Made by a program: the position numbers and the translations under genes
Shown here: positions 37,805 through 53,446 of the stretch, piece by piece
Layout of the letters: each line of letters starts with the position of its first letter
How positions within the stretch are numbered: the first letter of the stretch is position 1
The notes under the pieces: model-generated
The model's database searches: none
What the model was told of the DNA's origin: nothing
Seen by the model: only the letters and a program-made list of their open reading frames with translations
Assembly: GCF_006345805.1 (NCBI RefSeq)
Contig: NW_021832531.1
Location: forward strand, 372,001-436,000
Direction: 5' to 3'
Length of the DNA: 64,000 nt
Source: Octopus sinensis
Taxonomy: Eukaryota

Positions 37805-39842
37805 ATGAAAGAAAAAATATTTAAGAAATTTAAAAAAATTTTGAATGTATGGGAATTGATTACTTACAAATTGTTTTTTCTGATTCTTCTTATGAGTATT
37901 ATTGTTCATTACTTTTAAAGTTTATTTTAATGTAACAAATACTCAATCATTTTACTTCTCCAGAACTATAGAATCAATTTTTATTTATGGAAAGGGAGAG
38001 AAATCAAACCTCAATTATAAATCTATAAAGAAGTTATCAGATATTTTTGAAGTTTGTAATTCAACATAAATTAAAGTATTTGGAAAATAGTTTTATCGAT
38101 CATTTATATTCAAAGAAACAGTTTTCACTAAATGAAAAAACCTCCCTAATTTTGAAAAACAATATATTGGTAGGAATTCCCAGGCTTCGTCAAATAAGAG
38201 TTAAAAACGGATCTTGTAAAATATATGACGAATTTCGCTATTTAATCAAAGAGTGTTATGCTCCTTATAGTATAAATAACGAAGAAACTCAAAGTTTTTG
38301 TCCGCGAAAAATGTTAATAACAATTAATTCTGATAAAAACTGTCAAAATTACAGCAATAGTCTACAAACTGGAAGCTTCTCACACTGGGGTTATTTTGCT
38401 ACATATGGAGGAGGTGGATACGTTCAAGATCTGTCAAAAAATTTGAACGAATCATTAAAAATTATCAAAAATCTTAAAAAAGATCTTTGGATTGACAAGT
38501 CTAGTCGTGCAGTTTTTATAGATATGGCTATTTTAAATCCCAACCTGAATAAATTTGCAATCATAAGGTTTTGTTAAATGTTTTAATTTTGACTTTCAAT
38601 CGAAATACCTGCATCTGGAGGTGTATACCCTTTTTGGAACATCAAGATTGGAGACTTAACTAAGTTTAGTGGTGCGAATAGTAAAATATGGTGGTTTCTA
38701 ATCTCGGGGTATGCAATTGTTTTGTTACTAACGATATTTAATGAATCCACTAAAGTAACATTTTAAAAATGATTTTAAGATACTTCACGAAAGGATTAAT
38801 TATTTAAAAAATCCTTGGAGAATTATTGACCTAATAATTTACACTGGGTCCCTTTCCTTCATTGGATATGAAATCTACTCGTCTTTCTATAACATATGGA
38901 TGCTTAATTTGTTGAAACAGAATGAGAATCAGCATCTCAATTTTGAAAAAGTAGCTGTCATAGGAGATCACTTTAATGAAATATTGGCATTAGTCATTTT
39001 CTGTTTGTGGATTAAAGTAATTGTTTTGTTAATTGAAGTTGTTTCAATATCTCAAAAACTTGCACTCTTTTAGACATTTGAGTCATCTTTTGAAGAGGTC
39101 TATTGTGGGAATCGGGCAGTTTTCCACTATCTTTATAATTATTTTTGTTGCTTATGCCCAACTTGGATTTTTCATATTTGGAACACAGCTTAAAGATTTT
39201 AGTACATTGGAAAATGCATTGTACATTTATTTTATAACATCATAAAGTTTTACTCAATTCAGGATTATTCTAGGAGATTTTAATTTTTACAACCTCGAGA
39301 TTGTAAACAGAGTTTTAGGACCGTTATATTTTATGGGATTTGTTTTTTTCGTGTTTTTCATTCTTTTGAACATGTTTCTGGCTATATTAAACGACACGTA
39401 TTCGGAGATTAAACTTGAAGGCTCAGAAAATAAAAATAAATTTAACCTTCTTCCAACTGTTGTTAAAGTTGAGATATTTATGTGTATTTCCAAGATTTTG
39501 AAAAAAACCGCAAATATTTTTAAAAAGATTAAAAGAAAATTTTCCCCAATAAAATTAAAACATTTAGATCATCATCATTTCATTGAGCTGTATTATTGTT
39601 ATTATTTTTCTAGTGAAGAAAAATTAAGTTATGAATCAGATGAAGATGTATATATTATAAATTATGTATTTAAGGAATCTATGGAAAACGATGAAGCTGA
39701 AATAAGTTGTAAAATAGTCGGCAAAAAAGAATTTGAAATTTTACTGAAACAAATCGATTCTTTAGAGAAACGAATTGATGAAATTGTTAAACGAACTGAT
39801 TTGTTCCTCAAAATAATTGACCAAGTTCATAAAAAAAATTAG
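37805..39842 (+). CDS. PKD2: Polycystin-2 / TRPP cation channel (PKD2 or PKD2L)
   Basis: [55 protein letters not shown]-like S2-S3 segment, [51 protein letters not shown]. Start codon uncertain. Confidence 0.9.
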
Positions 39843-40845
39843 AGCTATTAACAATTTATTAACATTAATTCTTATTTTTCATTTAATTTAATGCCTACTC
39901 AGTCAATCCTTTTAGCATTTATTCTTCTTTTTACATAAAATTTTTGATTCTGAAAGAATTTTACTGGAAATATAGCGAATTTTACTGATTTTTTACGATA
40001 AGTGTTATTGGAAGAATACGGCGGATATCTGACTTGGGCAAAAATCTTTGTATGCAAGAATTTCTAAAATTTAAATAAAAATAAATATTTAAATCATTTT
40101 GAACAAAAGCGTTCATTAAGATTTTGTTGAATTTCTAATTAAATTTGTTTATCTAGTCAAGTTTTTAAAACCCAAAAAATTAATTGAAATTCCGGCTGTA
40201 CAACAAGTTCCGTCATTTGACATAAGTATTTGAAGTATTTTATTCGTGTATGATCTTGTCTCCTATACAATTTGACAGTTTTATGAATATATTCCGATTA
40301 ACGATAAATTTCAATCATTTATAAAATCTTGTTAATTAACTTAGTTGGCGTCAAATTAATTTTCAAGAGTTTTTAATTTTTAGATAATTAAAATAAATTG
40401 TATTTATAATATTTTATTTTTTGATGTTTTAATAATTTTATTACTAAAATTAAAATGACATTCGCATCCTCTCAGTTAACATCAAGTTTCAAACTAAATT
40501 ACTTGCAGGTGTTCATTTAATTCAACAACCAGATAGTTTTTGTGTGCAAAGAATAATATTGACAGGCTAAACGACGTACTACTTAAATTTACGAAGAAAT
40601 CCAAATAGAATAACTTGAGAACAAGTTAATAACACTTAATCAATGAATAAAAGGGATCGTTAGGATGTTGGACAGGTCCTCGAGTATATCAATTTTTGAT
40701 AATTACTTGACATAGAAACAATATACTAGCAAATAGGATTTCTTGCGTGTTATTATTCGTATATCGAGTTCGTTAAATACTCTCGTAATAATCGTTTTTC
40801 GTCAATTATTTAACTTGAAACCGCTCAAGATTTCATCTTGAAAAT

Positions 40846-41708
40846 ATGGAGAGGTCCGCTCATGTCTCGCCTCGCAATGAGATTCATTCAACTACAAGTA
40901 ATAATATTCTTAAGTACGCACTTTATTAGCTGCTTTTATCCACAATTTATACTTAGACTCACTTGAAATCTTCCAACATAATGATATCTATTCATATCCA
41001 ACAGGACCCGGTGGTGATACGTCTCTCGTTGAAAGTTTTCCTACAAGTCCAAGAAAAAAGAAAAAGAAACGTGTTCTCTTTACAAAAAACCAAACTTATG
41101 AACTTGAAAAAAGATTCAGTCTTCAGCAATATCTTTCGCCTTCGGAAAGGGATCAAATAGCCAGTCAGTTGCATTTGACGCCAAATCAAATAAAAATTTG
41201 GTTTCAAAATCATCGGTACAAATTGAAAAAAACAAGAATGCAGCAGAATTATTATATTCCACCAAATTCATACTATCAAAATCCCTCGAATCAAATTTCA
41301 AATGCACTCTTCACTCCTTACAGCCAACTTGAACAAAATTTAGGATTGGGAATGCAATTCAATCAATCTTATAATCAAGGAATGGATTTTTTTTCTCAGG
41401 CACATCATGTGAATGAAGACATGAAACCTTCTAACATTGCCTATCAAGCAAACATGACTAATATTTATGATCCCAGGAATTTTCTAAATCACACTACAGA
41501 GGATATTAAAGGAGTCTATAATTTTGCTGTTAATAACCAAGATCAGCACAATATGAAGGAAAGACAATATTTTCCCCAAACAATTCTTTTTCTTACAATC
41601 TGCGCTATTGGAATTAACATTTTTAACTCTTTAAATATTATTAGAAATTTTATTTTAGTTTATTTTAGACAGAGTAATGTTAATAATATGATCAAAATAA
41701 AATTATGA
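40846..41708 (+). CDS. NKX2-2: NK2-class homeobox protein, NKX2-2/vnd-like
   Basis: Homeodomain [58 protein letters not shown] (about 41058-41237), with the NK2-diagnostic HRYK and the TYELE typical of NKX2-2. First exon and 3' end approximate. Confidence 0.82.
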
Positions 41709-42012
41709 AATTAAATCCCTATCGGAAAAATTAATTAAATTGTTTACAGACAACTAATAGACATTTTTTTCCATTTCTGTTGAAATTCTTCTAATATTGA
41801 AAAACGAGGTTTACAGAGTTTCCTCTTTCTTTTTGTTACCAACAGAATTATGTATTCAAAATAATTTAAAAATGTTTTATATAAAAAATCACCGATATTT
41901 AATAGGTTTTTTACCAAAATATTGACAATTAACTAATTTTTCTATTTAATACAATTTTCTTAAAAATTTTTCCACTTTTAATTGATTTTCTTATTTATTC
42001 TTCAATTTTTTA

Positions 42013-43250
42013 ATGTCTGTTAAAAGTTCCTATAGTGGTTTGAATGTTTGTGTTCTTAAATAAAATTATTTATTTTTTTAGATCTCTTCCCGAATATATG
42101 ATACAAACAAATTGACATCCTTTACAAGAGGTTTGTAATTGTTCCAAAACAAAAACTTTCGTTAAATATATTTTGACATCATTGTGAATTTATTAGATTT
42201 TAGGGACATATCCAAGCATTAAGTAAACATGAATTGACAGATGATTTTCACTGTTTTTCTCATCTTGAAAAAGTCAATAGTTTGATTAGATTTTTCTTTA
42301 TTTGATGAAAAAAGCGGGCTTCTTCTCGATACTTGAAAAATACGACTGCAGAATCAGTAATTCATTTAAAACCATTTTAGAAAACTCAAGAGGCTGTAAG
42401 TAATCACATGAAAATTTTAATTTTTTTGCCGCATTTAAAGAATGGTCAACTTGTTTTATTTCTTAATAAGTTTTGCTAGTCGGATAGCTCTAGGGGTAAT
42501 AAAGATAAAATATCTAAAAAAGAAACTTTGCCAGCAATCTCTAATCAAGTACCGACGGTTGAGCTGGATCGATAAAAAAGCACTTCTAATTCTGATCGAA
42601 GGCATAAGATTGCTCATTGACGGCAACTTGCAACTAGATGCGATATTTAGGAAATTGAAAATGACAGGGGTTATCATATTTGGTAATCTTAGGAAGCTCC
42701 TTGATTCCTCAAAGGGAATAAGCCAATTTGCTTTTATCCAATATTTTCCAAGATTTTAGAACTAATGATGCACTAGAGATTCGTTGTGACTTATTTCTGA
42801 AAAAATTATTTCAGAGCATCAGTACAGTTTCAGAGAAAATCATTCTTGTGGGTAGTGACTAGAAATGCTGAACCAATCAATAAAAAATACATGAACATAG
42901 GGAGTGCAATGTTGTATATAGACCCCTCGAATATATAGACCGTTCTAAAGCCCTTCGAATCATGTCAATGACGGTTTCAGGTGTACATGCTCTCAGACGT
43001 TGTTTGAGAATCTCACGGTCAAAAAGATGCAAAATCCCATGACTCACTTAAGATGTACATACCTGGTAATTAAGTGATAAGATCCAAAAGTACGTAAATG
43101 AATTGATAACAGTCCGTAGACGTGCCATCCGGTAGGCTCACAGCCTAAACTTTAGAGGGCGTCTAATTCATGCCCAAGAACTATCAATTAAAGATGTCTC
43201 AGGTCTCGAGCGAAGAGTTATTTTTTTAAGTACCGAAGGTTTAAAAATAA
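42013..43250 (+). CDS. Uncharacterised multi-exon gene convergent with PAK
   Basis: ATG at 42013 is followed by short GT..AG introns and exon-like frames (RGHIQALSKHELTDDFHCFSHLEK; NFRGRLIHAQELSIKDVSGLERR). Confidence 0.35.
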
Positions 43251-43306
43251 CATGTTTTTTAAATAATAAATATCGAATTTAAATGAATACAAATTAATTT
43301 ATGATT

Positions 43307-45068
<1,762 letters not shown>

Positions 45069-45199
45069 TTTTACTATGTTATATAACTTGAAAAGGAATC
45101 GACAAATATCGGATTTTTAGTTATATATTAATAAATTACGCGATTAAATTAAGATAAGATATCATGATCCAAAATTATTTGAATGTTTCAATATCTGAA

Positions 45200-46270
45200 C
45201 TAATGTCAACATGTAAGAGAATTAAATTTTAAAATCTTCAATTAAGTGATTACTGAGTTAGTTTAATTCATTGGGTTTGTAGAGCGTGGAAAATATCTCA
45301 TTTAATGGAACGTAGCATTTGTGGAATTTGTACCTAGAGATTTCTTAAAAATAAGTTTCTGATGTTGATACTTATTAACACGTTGAATTTAGTGAATACA
45401 ATAACGACAGCATACATTTACATATAAATTTATTATCAATACATTGAAAAAAATGTTCTTAGATATATAAAATTTCCAATTTTTCGATATAGTTTGTTAC
45501 AATATTCGCGGTTTTGTGGACATTATTCATAAGATAAAGTTAGCATATCTAGAATTTATAAATACAGCTTTTATATTTTTAACATATAAAAAAATTTATA
45601 TGAAAGAAATCATCATTGAAAACAAGTGTTTTTCCAAGATAAAATCAACTTGCTTTTGGAACTATTTGACGCCATAAAAATACATTTTAAATGCAATTCT
45701 AGATAAAAGTTAAATTCTTTTAGGTATCAGTTTAGAAAATCCAAAGAAAGATTCGTCTGTAAAAATTAAGAAAAACTTTTTTTCAAACTCTACATTATTT
45801 TTTAACGATATTAAATGCATAAATATTACCGACACACTATATATGTTTTAAAATAAGAAATAATAGCATCATTGCAAAAATTTTTGAATGAATGCACCAG
45901 TCCAAAGTCCATTTGGTTCCTTTGCGATGACATGAAACATGTTGGTAATGATATACCGCAAGGATTTCAACTGTCCTTGGGGTTCAACTGTTCTTAGAAG
46001 AACTCTAAAATTATCTCATTTGATGGTTGCCAATCGCTCCATTCATGAAATTCAGTCCCAAAAGGCCAGGAATTTCACCCTTGTGGAGAATTTCAGAGTC
46101 AAAAAAAGACTCTGGAGGTATGTGGATAACCGTCCTTCTAGAATTTTAGTTTTAAATTGTATTTGATTAGTTTCAGGTTGTATATGACTAAGATAAAAAG
46201 TATTTTAGAAGTAAAATTCTGGCAGCATCAAATGGACATTGAGGCTAAAAAGTTTAACCCCATGATGGAG
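45200..46270 (-). CDS. Uncharacterised minus-strand gene, head-to-head with PAXBP1
   Basis: Clean exon-like frames RVLLRTVEPQGQLKSLRYIITNMFHVIAKEPNGLWTGAFIQKFL and VEFEKKFFLIFTDESFFGFSKLIPKEF. Not in the ORF track. Confidence 0.35.
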
Positions 46271-46384
46271 TATTTTCTTTTAATTACTGAAAAAATAAAT
46301 TATATATAAATAATAACTAATTTGATATTCAATATTTAATTATAATCAAAAACAAAGTTTCGTTGTGGGTTTCTTTAACTATCA

Positions 46385-48036
46385 ATGGTTAACAGAAAAA
46401 GAAACATTCGCAAATCAGTGGTCTACGAACCTGATGACGACCCTGAACCACAAATAGAGACTAAAGAATTTAAATCCCCTGCAATAACCTCACTAAGCTT
46501 TAATCACGAAGGTTCATATACATTCAAATATTTGGTAGAAAATAATTTTGAAATTGTAAAAAATGACAAAAAACTAAAAAATCCAACTCAAAATTTTCCT
46601 GTCATTGACTCTATGGATTGCTTTGAATTAAAGTCACAAGAAATGGAAGTGGAAATAATAGAAAGCGATCATGAACTCGACGAATGGGAAGAACAACAAA
46701 TGAGAAAAGGAGTCCCTAGAACAATCGATAAAGAAAGTGAAGATAAATTCATTTCTGAGGGGAAATCATTGGATGATATAAAGAAGATGATTACTGAGAG
46801 ATTGACAATTATAAAGGAAAGAAGTTTTGGAGGGGTAGAAGACCTGGAAAAGACCATTTCCGAGGCGGAAAAAAGGGAACGTTATTTAAAAGGAAGAAGG
46901 GCTCATTTGGAGGAAAAATATTTGTTATATCAGCAAATGAGGGACTACTCTTCAACTGTTATTGACTGCATTAACGACAAAATGCCCGCAATAGAACAAG
47001 CAGTAGGGAAAGTCAATTCTATCACGTCTGTATGCTTTTAATATTGTAGACAAACAGTAGAGGATATATTCCACGATGCTGATGAGGATTATTACTCAAT
47101 AAATGCCATTTGCCGTACATTTCAACGATGGAAAGAACTTGATAGAGATACCTATGATCAGGCACACATTGAACTCTGTCTTTGCAAATTGTTAAAGCCT
47201 CTTGTGGGTCTCCAAATGGTCGGATGGTCTCCACTTAGTGATGTTTCTTTGAATCAAATTCCTTGGATTGAAACTCTGAAACTATACTCTGAGGATATGA
47301 ATAATTCTATCATTTTGCCTTGGTTGATAGAGAGAACAGTCTTACCCAGGATTTGTGGTATTTTTATTATTTTATCGGAGATTCTATCACCCAGGGATGG
47401 GATTTGGGAGATAAAAACGTGACTTTGAACCTCTGCGAATCATTGGCTAATCTTACTCAATTTGGCGTTGATACTAATTCCGTCGAATTAGAGAAACTTT
47501 TTGAATCAATTAAGAAAAAAGTCGACGATTTTCTTGAAAAGCATGTTTCGACTCACCCATTTCACTCCAAGTTTATTTTTGGTTTATTATTTTTTAAGTG
47601 AGCTGGAAGATCTCGAGTCACCAGCTGCAAGTTTGTTTTTTGAGTCTTTGTGGAATACAGTTACACTATTAAAAAATATTTGTTATCTACGGATGATCAT
47701 GTCTGCGGATATCTTGAGAAACTGGGTCGATAAATTGCTCAATTATTGCATCCTCCCTGCCCTTATAAAAGTGAGGATTAGTCGTAGTGTTGTTTGCCTG
47801 TGTTCGGAATTAGCCACTGATTTATGTAAGATGGATCTTGATTCGTGTGTATTGTCACAATTTTGTAATTATTGTTATCAATTGGTTATATTTGCCAATT
47901 CAATTAAAATGGATGAATACAGGTAGATGAGGGCGATAATTATCGTAGGGATATACATAGTCGTTTTTTTCTGATTCTTCGAGAGCTTGGCACACCTGAT
48001 TTGGCTGATATGTTGAATGATATTGTCTATGATTAA
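46385..48036 (+). CDS. PAXBP1: PAXBP1/GCFC2 family intron-lariat spliceosome factor
   Basis: WEEQQMRKG, YQQMRDY...DCINDKMP, IFHDADEDYYSINAI..FQRWK..D.Y..AHIELCL.KLLKPLV...W.PL. Confidence 0.85.
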
Positions 48037-48236
48037 TATTTTTTTTATTTTCTGTTTTGTTATTTTAAAATAATCCTAATGACATTAGTTTTTTTAACCT
48101 ACATTAATAAGTTTGATTTAAAATTTAGTTTTAAAACACGAATAAATCATTTAACAAAGTGAAATTCCTTTATTAAAAAAGAAACTAATTAACTTAAAAC
48201 AAGTCATTAATGAAAGAAAATTACCAAGTCCCAAAT

Positions 48237-48517
48237 TTCTAAAAATAAAATAATATAGAACATAGATTAATCCCGACTGATAGCAATAAAAAGACGGTCC
48301 CAAACCCAATTGAAAAAGAAGCCAAAACAGCCAAAGTGATCTCCTTTAAAAGGCTTCTCGAGGAAATCGAGCTTGATCTATAGCACGGATAATAATTTAA
48401 ATCAAACACTTTGAAAACTATTAATGACAGAATTCCTATCACTAGAAATGTAGCAGCAAAATAAGGAAATAATTCCGTATCCACAGGACCATAATATGGA
48501 ACACCAACAGAATCCAT
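48237..48517 (-). CDS. TMEM258: Oligosaccharyltransferase subunit TMEM258/OST5
   Basis: Y.GPVDTELFPYFAATFLVIG...KEITLAVLASFSIGFGTVFLLLSVGI parallels the TMEM258 pattern PVNPAVFPHL...[28 protein letters not shown]. Confidence 0.88.
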
Positions 48518-48771
48518 TATAAGCACAACAAAAGGCTGAAACGTAACAATTTAAATGTTTTGTTTAATAGATAAATTTATATTTATTAATATGATAAACA
48601 TAATTAAGCTATTCTAACTGTTTTTAATCCTTCAATGTTATAAGGGTGTTAAGTCTGTGAATAACCTACACGTCAAAGTGCAAAAATTCTTAAAAATGTT
48701 AAATTTTTTATTCTACAAAAAATTTCTTATTAATGTTATTTTTTTAATTTTAATATACTTACGTATGTGGT

Positions 48772-49223
48772 AATGATTTCACTTCAGCCTTCACTTAAAT
48801 TCTTTTGCTGCCAGTTGCAAAAATGTATAAAAAATGATAAAAATTCAAATTGGATATATACATTCGGTACAAAAAACTATAACTTTTCGTTAGTCTGGGT
48901 TCAGGGAATACTTATTGAAGTATTATGTAATAATAAAAAATAGTTCAGTGAGTGTGGAGGAACTGTCGATGATGGAACCGGTCTTATTTCATATGAAAAT
49001 AACTCAAAATTACATAATTTTGAAGATTTCGCGCTAGGTTTTGGACTTTATATTTAAATTAGGAATATATTGTTCATTGGTGGGACAATTGGCTGAGAAG
49101 GATGGACGGCCCCTGATCCGTCTTCTTAAATTGCAAAATATTTCTTTTGATCTAATTGAGGCCTGCTGGCAGTTGGAAGTTATTCATTTTTGGCAAAATG
49201 CCTATAAAATTTTAACTTGTTAA
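48772..49223 (+). CDS. Possible exons of a CUB-like extracellular protein (or pseudogene)
   Basis: Splicing across two short GT..AG gaps gives FSECGGTVDDGTGLISY...GIYCSL...LIRLLKLQNISFDLIEAC, resembling the CUB start CGG...G.I.S. The rest of the gene was not found. Confidence 0.3.
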
Positions 49224-50099
49224 AATTTTGTTTTATTTTGTATTAAAGAATTTATCTCAGTACCCAAAATTATGACTAGGACAAATTAGTGGCAGAAATA
49301 TGAAATGACTGATTTTTCTATATTTGTACTTGACACAGTCAACCTATAAAGAAATTATCTAAAAATCTAGGCAAGAGAGTAGGTGAAAAAAACGCCGCAA
49401 AAATAGCCATGAAAAAGGCCACGGTTGACTGGGAACATTAATAATGAGAGAAATGCTCTTCTTTGGTGGGTACTTTACTGAAGACAGTTAAGATTTTTAT
49501 CGGCATCAACTGGCCGAAAAAATCAAGAAATCCACCATATATCATATTTGCAACAATAGCCGTCACTGTGGACATTACCGAAGTTCGTTAGGGCCTATTC
49601 AGACACAAACTAAAACTCGACGTAGATTCTTATGCTAACTGAGGAATGTAATTATTAAAAAACAAAAAATCGGTGTTCCAAAGATGTCCACGAACAAAAC
49701 TATCTTATCGCAATAGACCTTCAAAGCATTAAAAAAGCTAAAAAATGAGGACTCTTAGAAGTATAGAACGCATCCTGGATAAACATGATAAAGACAGTAG
49801 TAACCTATGTGGAAACTTAATTAGTTTTTTTTACATTATGTTCCTATGATAGTTCGATAATAAGCTGCTATTTGGGAGAATCAAAAACAATTAAAAGCAA
49901 ATGCTGTTCCAGTGCGATTTACAGTACTTGTTAATTAAACTAAAATGTTTAGCAAACCGTATAAAATACAACTGAGGACCGCATCTGGCGTTGTTTGGCC
50001 ACACCTGTATTATTGAAAATAGAAATAGAATATTTTCCGACTGGAAATTATGTATAGTTTTTTGTCTTTTTTTTTTAGCAAATAATTAAAGTTATATGT

Positions 50100-52610
50100 A
50101 ATTAACAGATAGTTATTAACTAACCAAATTTCCGGCCTCGTAAATGGAAACACAGTTTCCACGTACTATGGCCAAGGAAATCCTTTCGAAAAGCCACTTG
50201 GACTCGCGTGGGTCTCCCCGTTTATGGGAGATCATGCGGCCAAGCTTTTTTAGAAAGGAAAGAGACTTTTCGCCGATGACGCCGGAAGTCTCGACGGCGA
50301 TGGGAGTGAACAGATACCGTTCAGAGAGCTCCTTGTACTTTCCAATCTTCATCTTCTCGGTTTGCGAGAGACTGAGCCAGGCTCGACAGCTGAAGAAGGA
50401 AGGTTGAGCTCCGAGAAAGTGTGTCTGAACACGTCGCATCCCATAACAGAGACTTGCCGAACTCAAACGGGAAAGTCGATAGGCCGTCGGGTCTTTTTCC
50501 GTCTCCCCTCGCAAGCCCGACGGGTTCGAGGATTGATGGAATCCAGCGGCCGTGAGCCCCCTCTGAATAACGTCGTTAAGTGCTGCATGGCGTGGTGCGC
50601 GCCCTGCACTGCGACGACAGGAAAGGGGATGTAGACCAAAACGGTCAATGACAGCACCACAACGACATTTGTGTATTTCGCAGATTTCCAATCCAAGACG
50701 CAATGATAAACCAATTCGTAGGCAATCTTTGTCTAGTAGGTTACCGGTGGAAGGGACAGGGAGAGCATCCAGCCAGGCCCCACTCCCTGTGCAGCAGCCT
50801 GCGCGGAGACATGCAAGTCTGTGCTGATCGAAATTTTTGCGTAGATGTACGTCAAGAGCTTCACAAGAAATGGCATCCCATTGAGCTTGGATACACGGGT
50901 CACTGGGTCTTTTGTTGTACAATGAATCCCACAGGTCCAAAGCGGCCACGTGATCAACTGACATTTTTCGTTCGGGTAGGTTTCTGAGAACAATGTCAGT
51001 GAGGACACGGGATGATGCCGTTGACGAAAGGAAAGCAGGAAGAGCGATAGACACGGGAGAACGGAGTCCAATCCCACCGCGGCTTACAGGCAGGGTGGAT
51101 TGAATCCAACCAAGAGGGTCGAAACGTACGTTGCATAGCGACTCTGCTCGGACTTCAGAATATTTTCAATAACGGAAAGGAGATTTTGTTCGTGAAAACA
51201 CGGAGAGCTTCTTAATGTATATAGGAGCTTCGGAGTTGAAAAGTAATTACGGAGAAGAAAGAACCCGACATGAGCGTCGATGAGAGAGAGTCTTTGAATA
51301 ATGCATGACAGAACAGCTGCCTTGTCAATAAGAGTTTGAGACAAAGCCTCGCGACCAATTGGGGAGCCAAGGATGAGGAGGTTTTTTTTATCAGTGATCC
51401 GCACGCCTTTTAAAATATCTTCCAGAACGGCCATAGTTTCGACAAAAATTCCGTGTGGGATATTGAGATTTATAACTTCGGATTTGGCAGAGTTTATCTC
51501 AAGACCAATAGATGAAAGGGCAGGGATAATTACGCGAAGGTCCTCTAGGACAGAGCATGGTGGTCCACATATTGTGGCGTCATCAAGATACCAGATGTTT
51601 ATAGGGGAAAGGACAGAGTGGGCAATGGAGTTGACGCAGATTGCAAACAACAGAGGACCAAGAGGATCTCCCTGTTGTACACCGGTCGAAGATACGATAA
51701 CGGAATCACCGAACAAGAGGAGACTTGGTTGAGAGTAAGATAGATGGACCAGACGATAAGCCGAGGGGGCAAGAGCATAGCAGGACTCCAACAGGAAATC
51801 TCTTCTGACTGAATTAAATGCGTTGGAGATGTCCAGTTTAACCAAAATAAATTCTTCTGGAGTCTCCATTAGTTCCCTTACAGCATGGGCGGCCGACTCA
51901 CAACCTCCGCTGATTCCAACTCCCAATTGCGCGGGCAGAAATTTTTGGGCCAGCTCGGGGACTACTGCGTGGCAGACAAGCTTTCCGGCCAATCTGCGAA
52001 AAATATTGCCGACGGCGATCGGTCTAACACCATTATCTTTCTTCCCCAGGGCGGTGAGATTAGCAGAAAAGAAAATCGTCCGTGCAAAGTCAGGTAAATC
52101 ACCCCCGATAAGGCGGTTGCATAGATCCGTAATAGAAGACAATAGTTGGCGACCAGCCTCAGCAGTTAGGGGAGAAATCAGATCTTTAATGTGTCCTGGT
52201 TTCAAACCATCGATGCCCCCACTGCTGCTTGGGGAGAAACTTTTGAGTGCCTTCACAACTTGTTCCGCAGAAACTAGTAGTTGTGGAAATGCAATCGAAT
52301 CAATAGCAGGTGGTGTGCGGTAATTAACGGGATGCGGAGGGTGTTTAGACCTCAGATTAGACAAACCGATGGAGAGGGAGATAACAGTCGGTTCGAAGAG
52401 GCAACAAGTCTGACCGCTCCACGGACATCACCATCCATTAATTTACTAGTTACCCTGCGGCGAAAGTAGTCGTTGTCAGGGGAAGTTTCACTGTCCACGG
52501 GAGAAGGGGCATCACTTTTGTGAGAGTCAGAACGGGAGGAGTCTGAGCGAAGAGAGTCAAACTGGGAAGAGAACAATGTTTTTCGTCTTTCTTGAGGGTC
52601 TTATTTATTT
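50100..52610 (-). mobile_element. Longest CRE-like RLE non-LTR retrotransposon copy (RT + CCHC + RLE), frameshifted
   Basis: DGDVRGAVRL, SSGGIDGL, GVRPIAVG, QLGVG, KLDISNAFNSV, GVQQGDPLGP, WYLDD, CRCG..IDRFGLHPLSC, FTPIAVETSG, FERISLAIVRGN. Split into three frames (52352-52576, 51084-52364, 50116-51054). Confidence 0.95.
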
Positions 52611-52789
52611 TATTTAAGCCAATAGCCCCATTAACGTTAAAATTTCCAAATTAATTTCAAAAATCTTTAATTATTTGTAAAGCTTGATAGTATGTTATTT
52701 TCTTGCTTTACTTTTCAGTTATTAATATCGCAAAAATAGATTTTTTTTATAAGATGCCGTTTACAGTATCATTGATTTTTTGACAGGTT

Positions 52790-53190
52790 CTATTGATGTC
52801 TCGTGGTGGCTACTTCCTTCATTCAGTCACTCATTGATTGACCCAATATCAATTAAATACTTGTTGAGTGATTCGCCACCGTAGCTGAGAGTTTGCATGC
52901 TCTCTAATGTCTTTTTAATCAAGATATTCTGGACATAGGCACGAGTTAAATCCTCGAATTTTAAAGAGTTTTGGTGATGTTTGTAAAATTTAGATACTAT
53001 TCCGTCTTATTTGAGAATCAGTTGTACGACTTTCACATTTGCTTTGTGGATTAACTTCAATTCGCTTCCCAAAAAATCGTATTTATGTAATTTCTCGACT
53101 TCCACATTCTTCATAGATTGTTGAGAAGTAATCCCAGGTTCGATGAGCGTAATGATCTTCCGAACTTTGTTTCCAAAAGTTTTCATTTAG
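52790..53190 (-). mobile_element. R4-like RLE 3' fragment
   Basis: TLIEPGITSQQSMKNVEVEKLHKYDFLGSEL...*DGIVSKFYKHHQNSLKFEDLTRAYVQNILIKKTLE aligns with the C-terminus of the 33419-37625 element. Not in the ORF track. Confidence 0.85.
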
Positions 53191-53446
53191 TTTTAATTAC
53201 ACAACTAGGGTACTGTAATTAAATACGCTTCATTATGCGTCATAATTTCGTTACAAAATTTGTTCAATTCCGAATGGAAAATTTATTATTGGAATACGGC
53301 TGATACATAAAAGAGAAAATCTGAAATATTTGATAAGACGCTTCTAAAATTATTTTAAAAAATATTTTAAATATATCTTAATAATTAAAATATAGTTACA
53401 ATGGAAACAAACAATATTTCCCTATAGTGGTTGTAATAAGTCGAGC

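Noticed and set aside
48262-48275. TTAA 4-bp insertion footprint converting GIYV to GINL in TMEM258
   Set aside because: Removing it leaves no nearby stop, whereas the sequence as given terminates at the expected length.
50144-52469. Numerous long antisense ORFs in the GC-rich elements (also at 11361-11866, 17933-18495, 31948, 59365)
   Set aside because: These are expected shadow ORFs of stop-poor GC-rich retrotransposon coding sequence.
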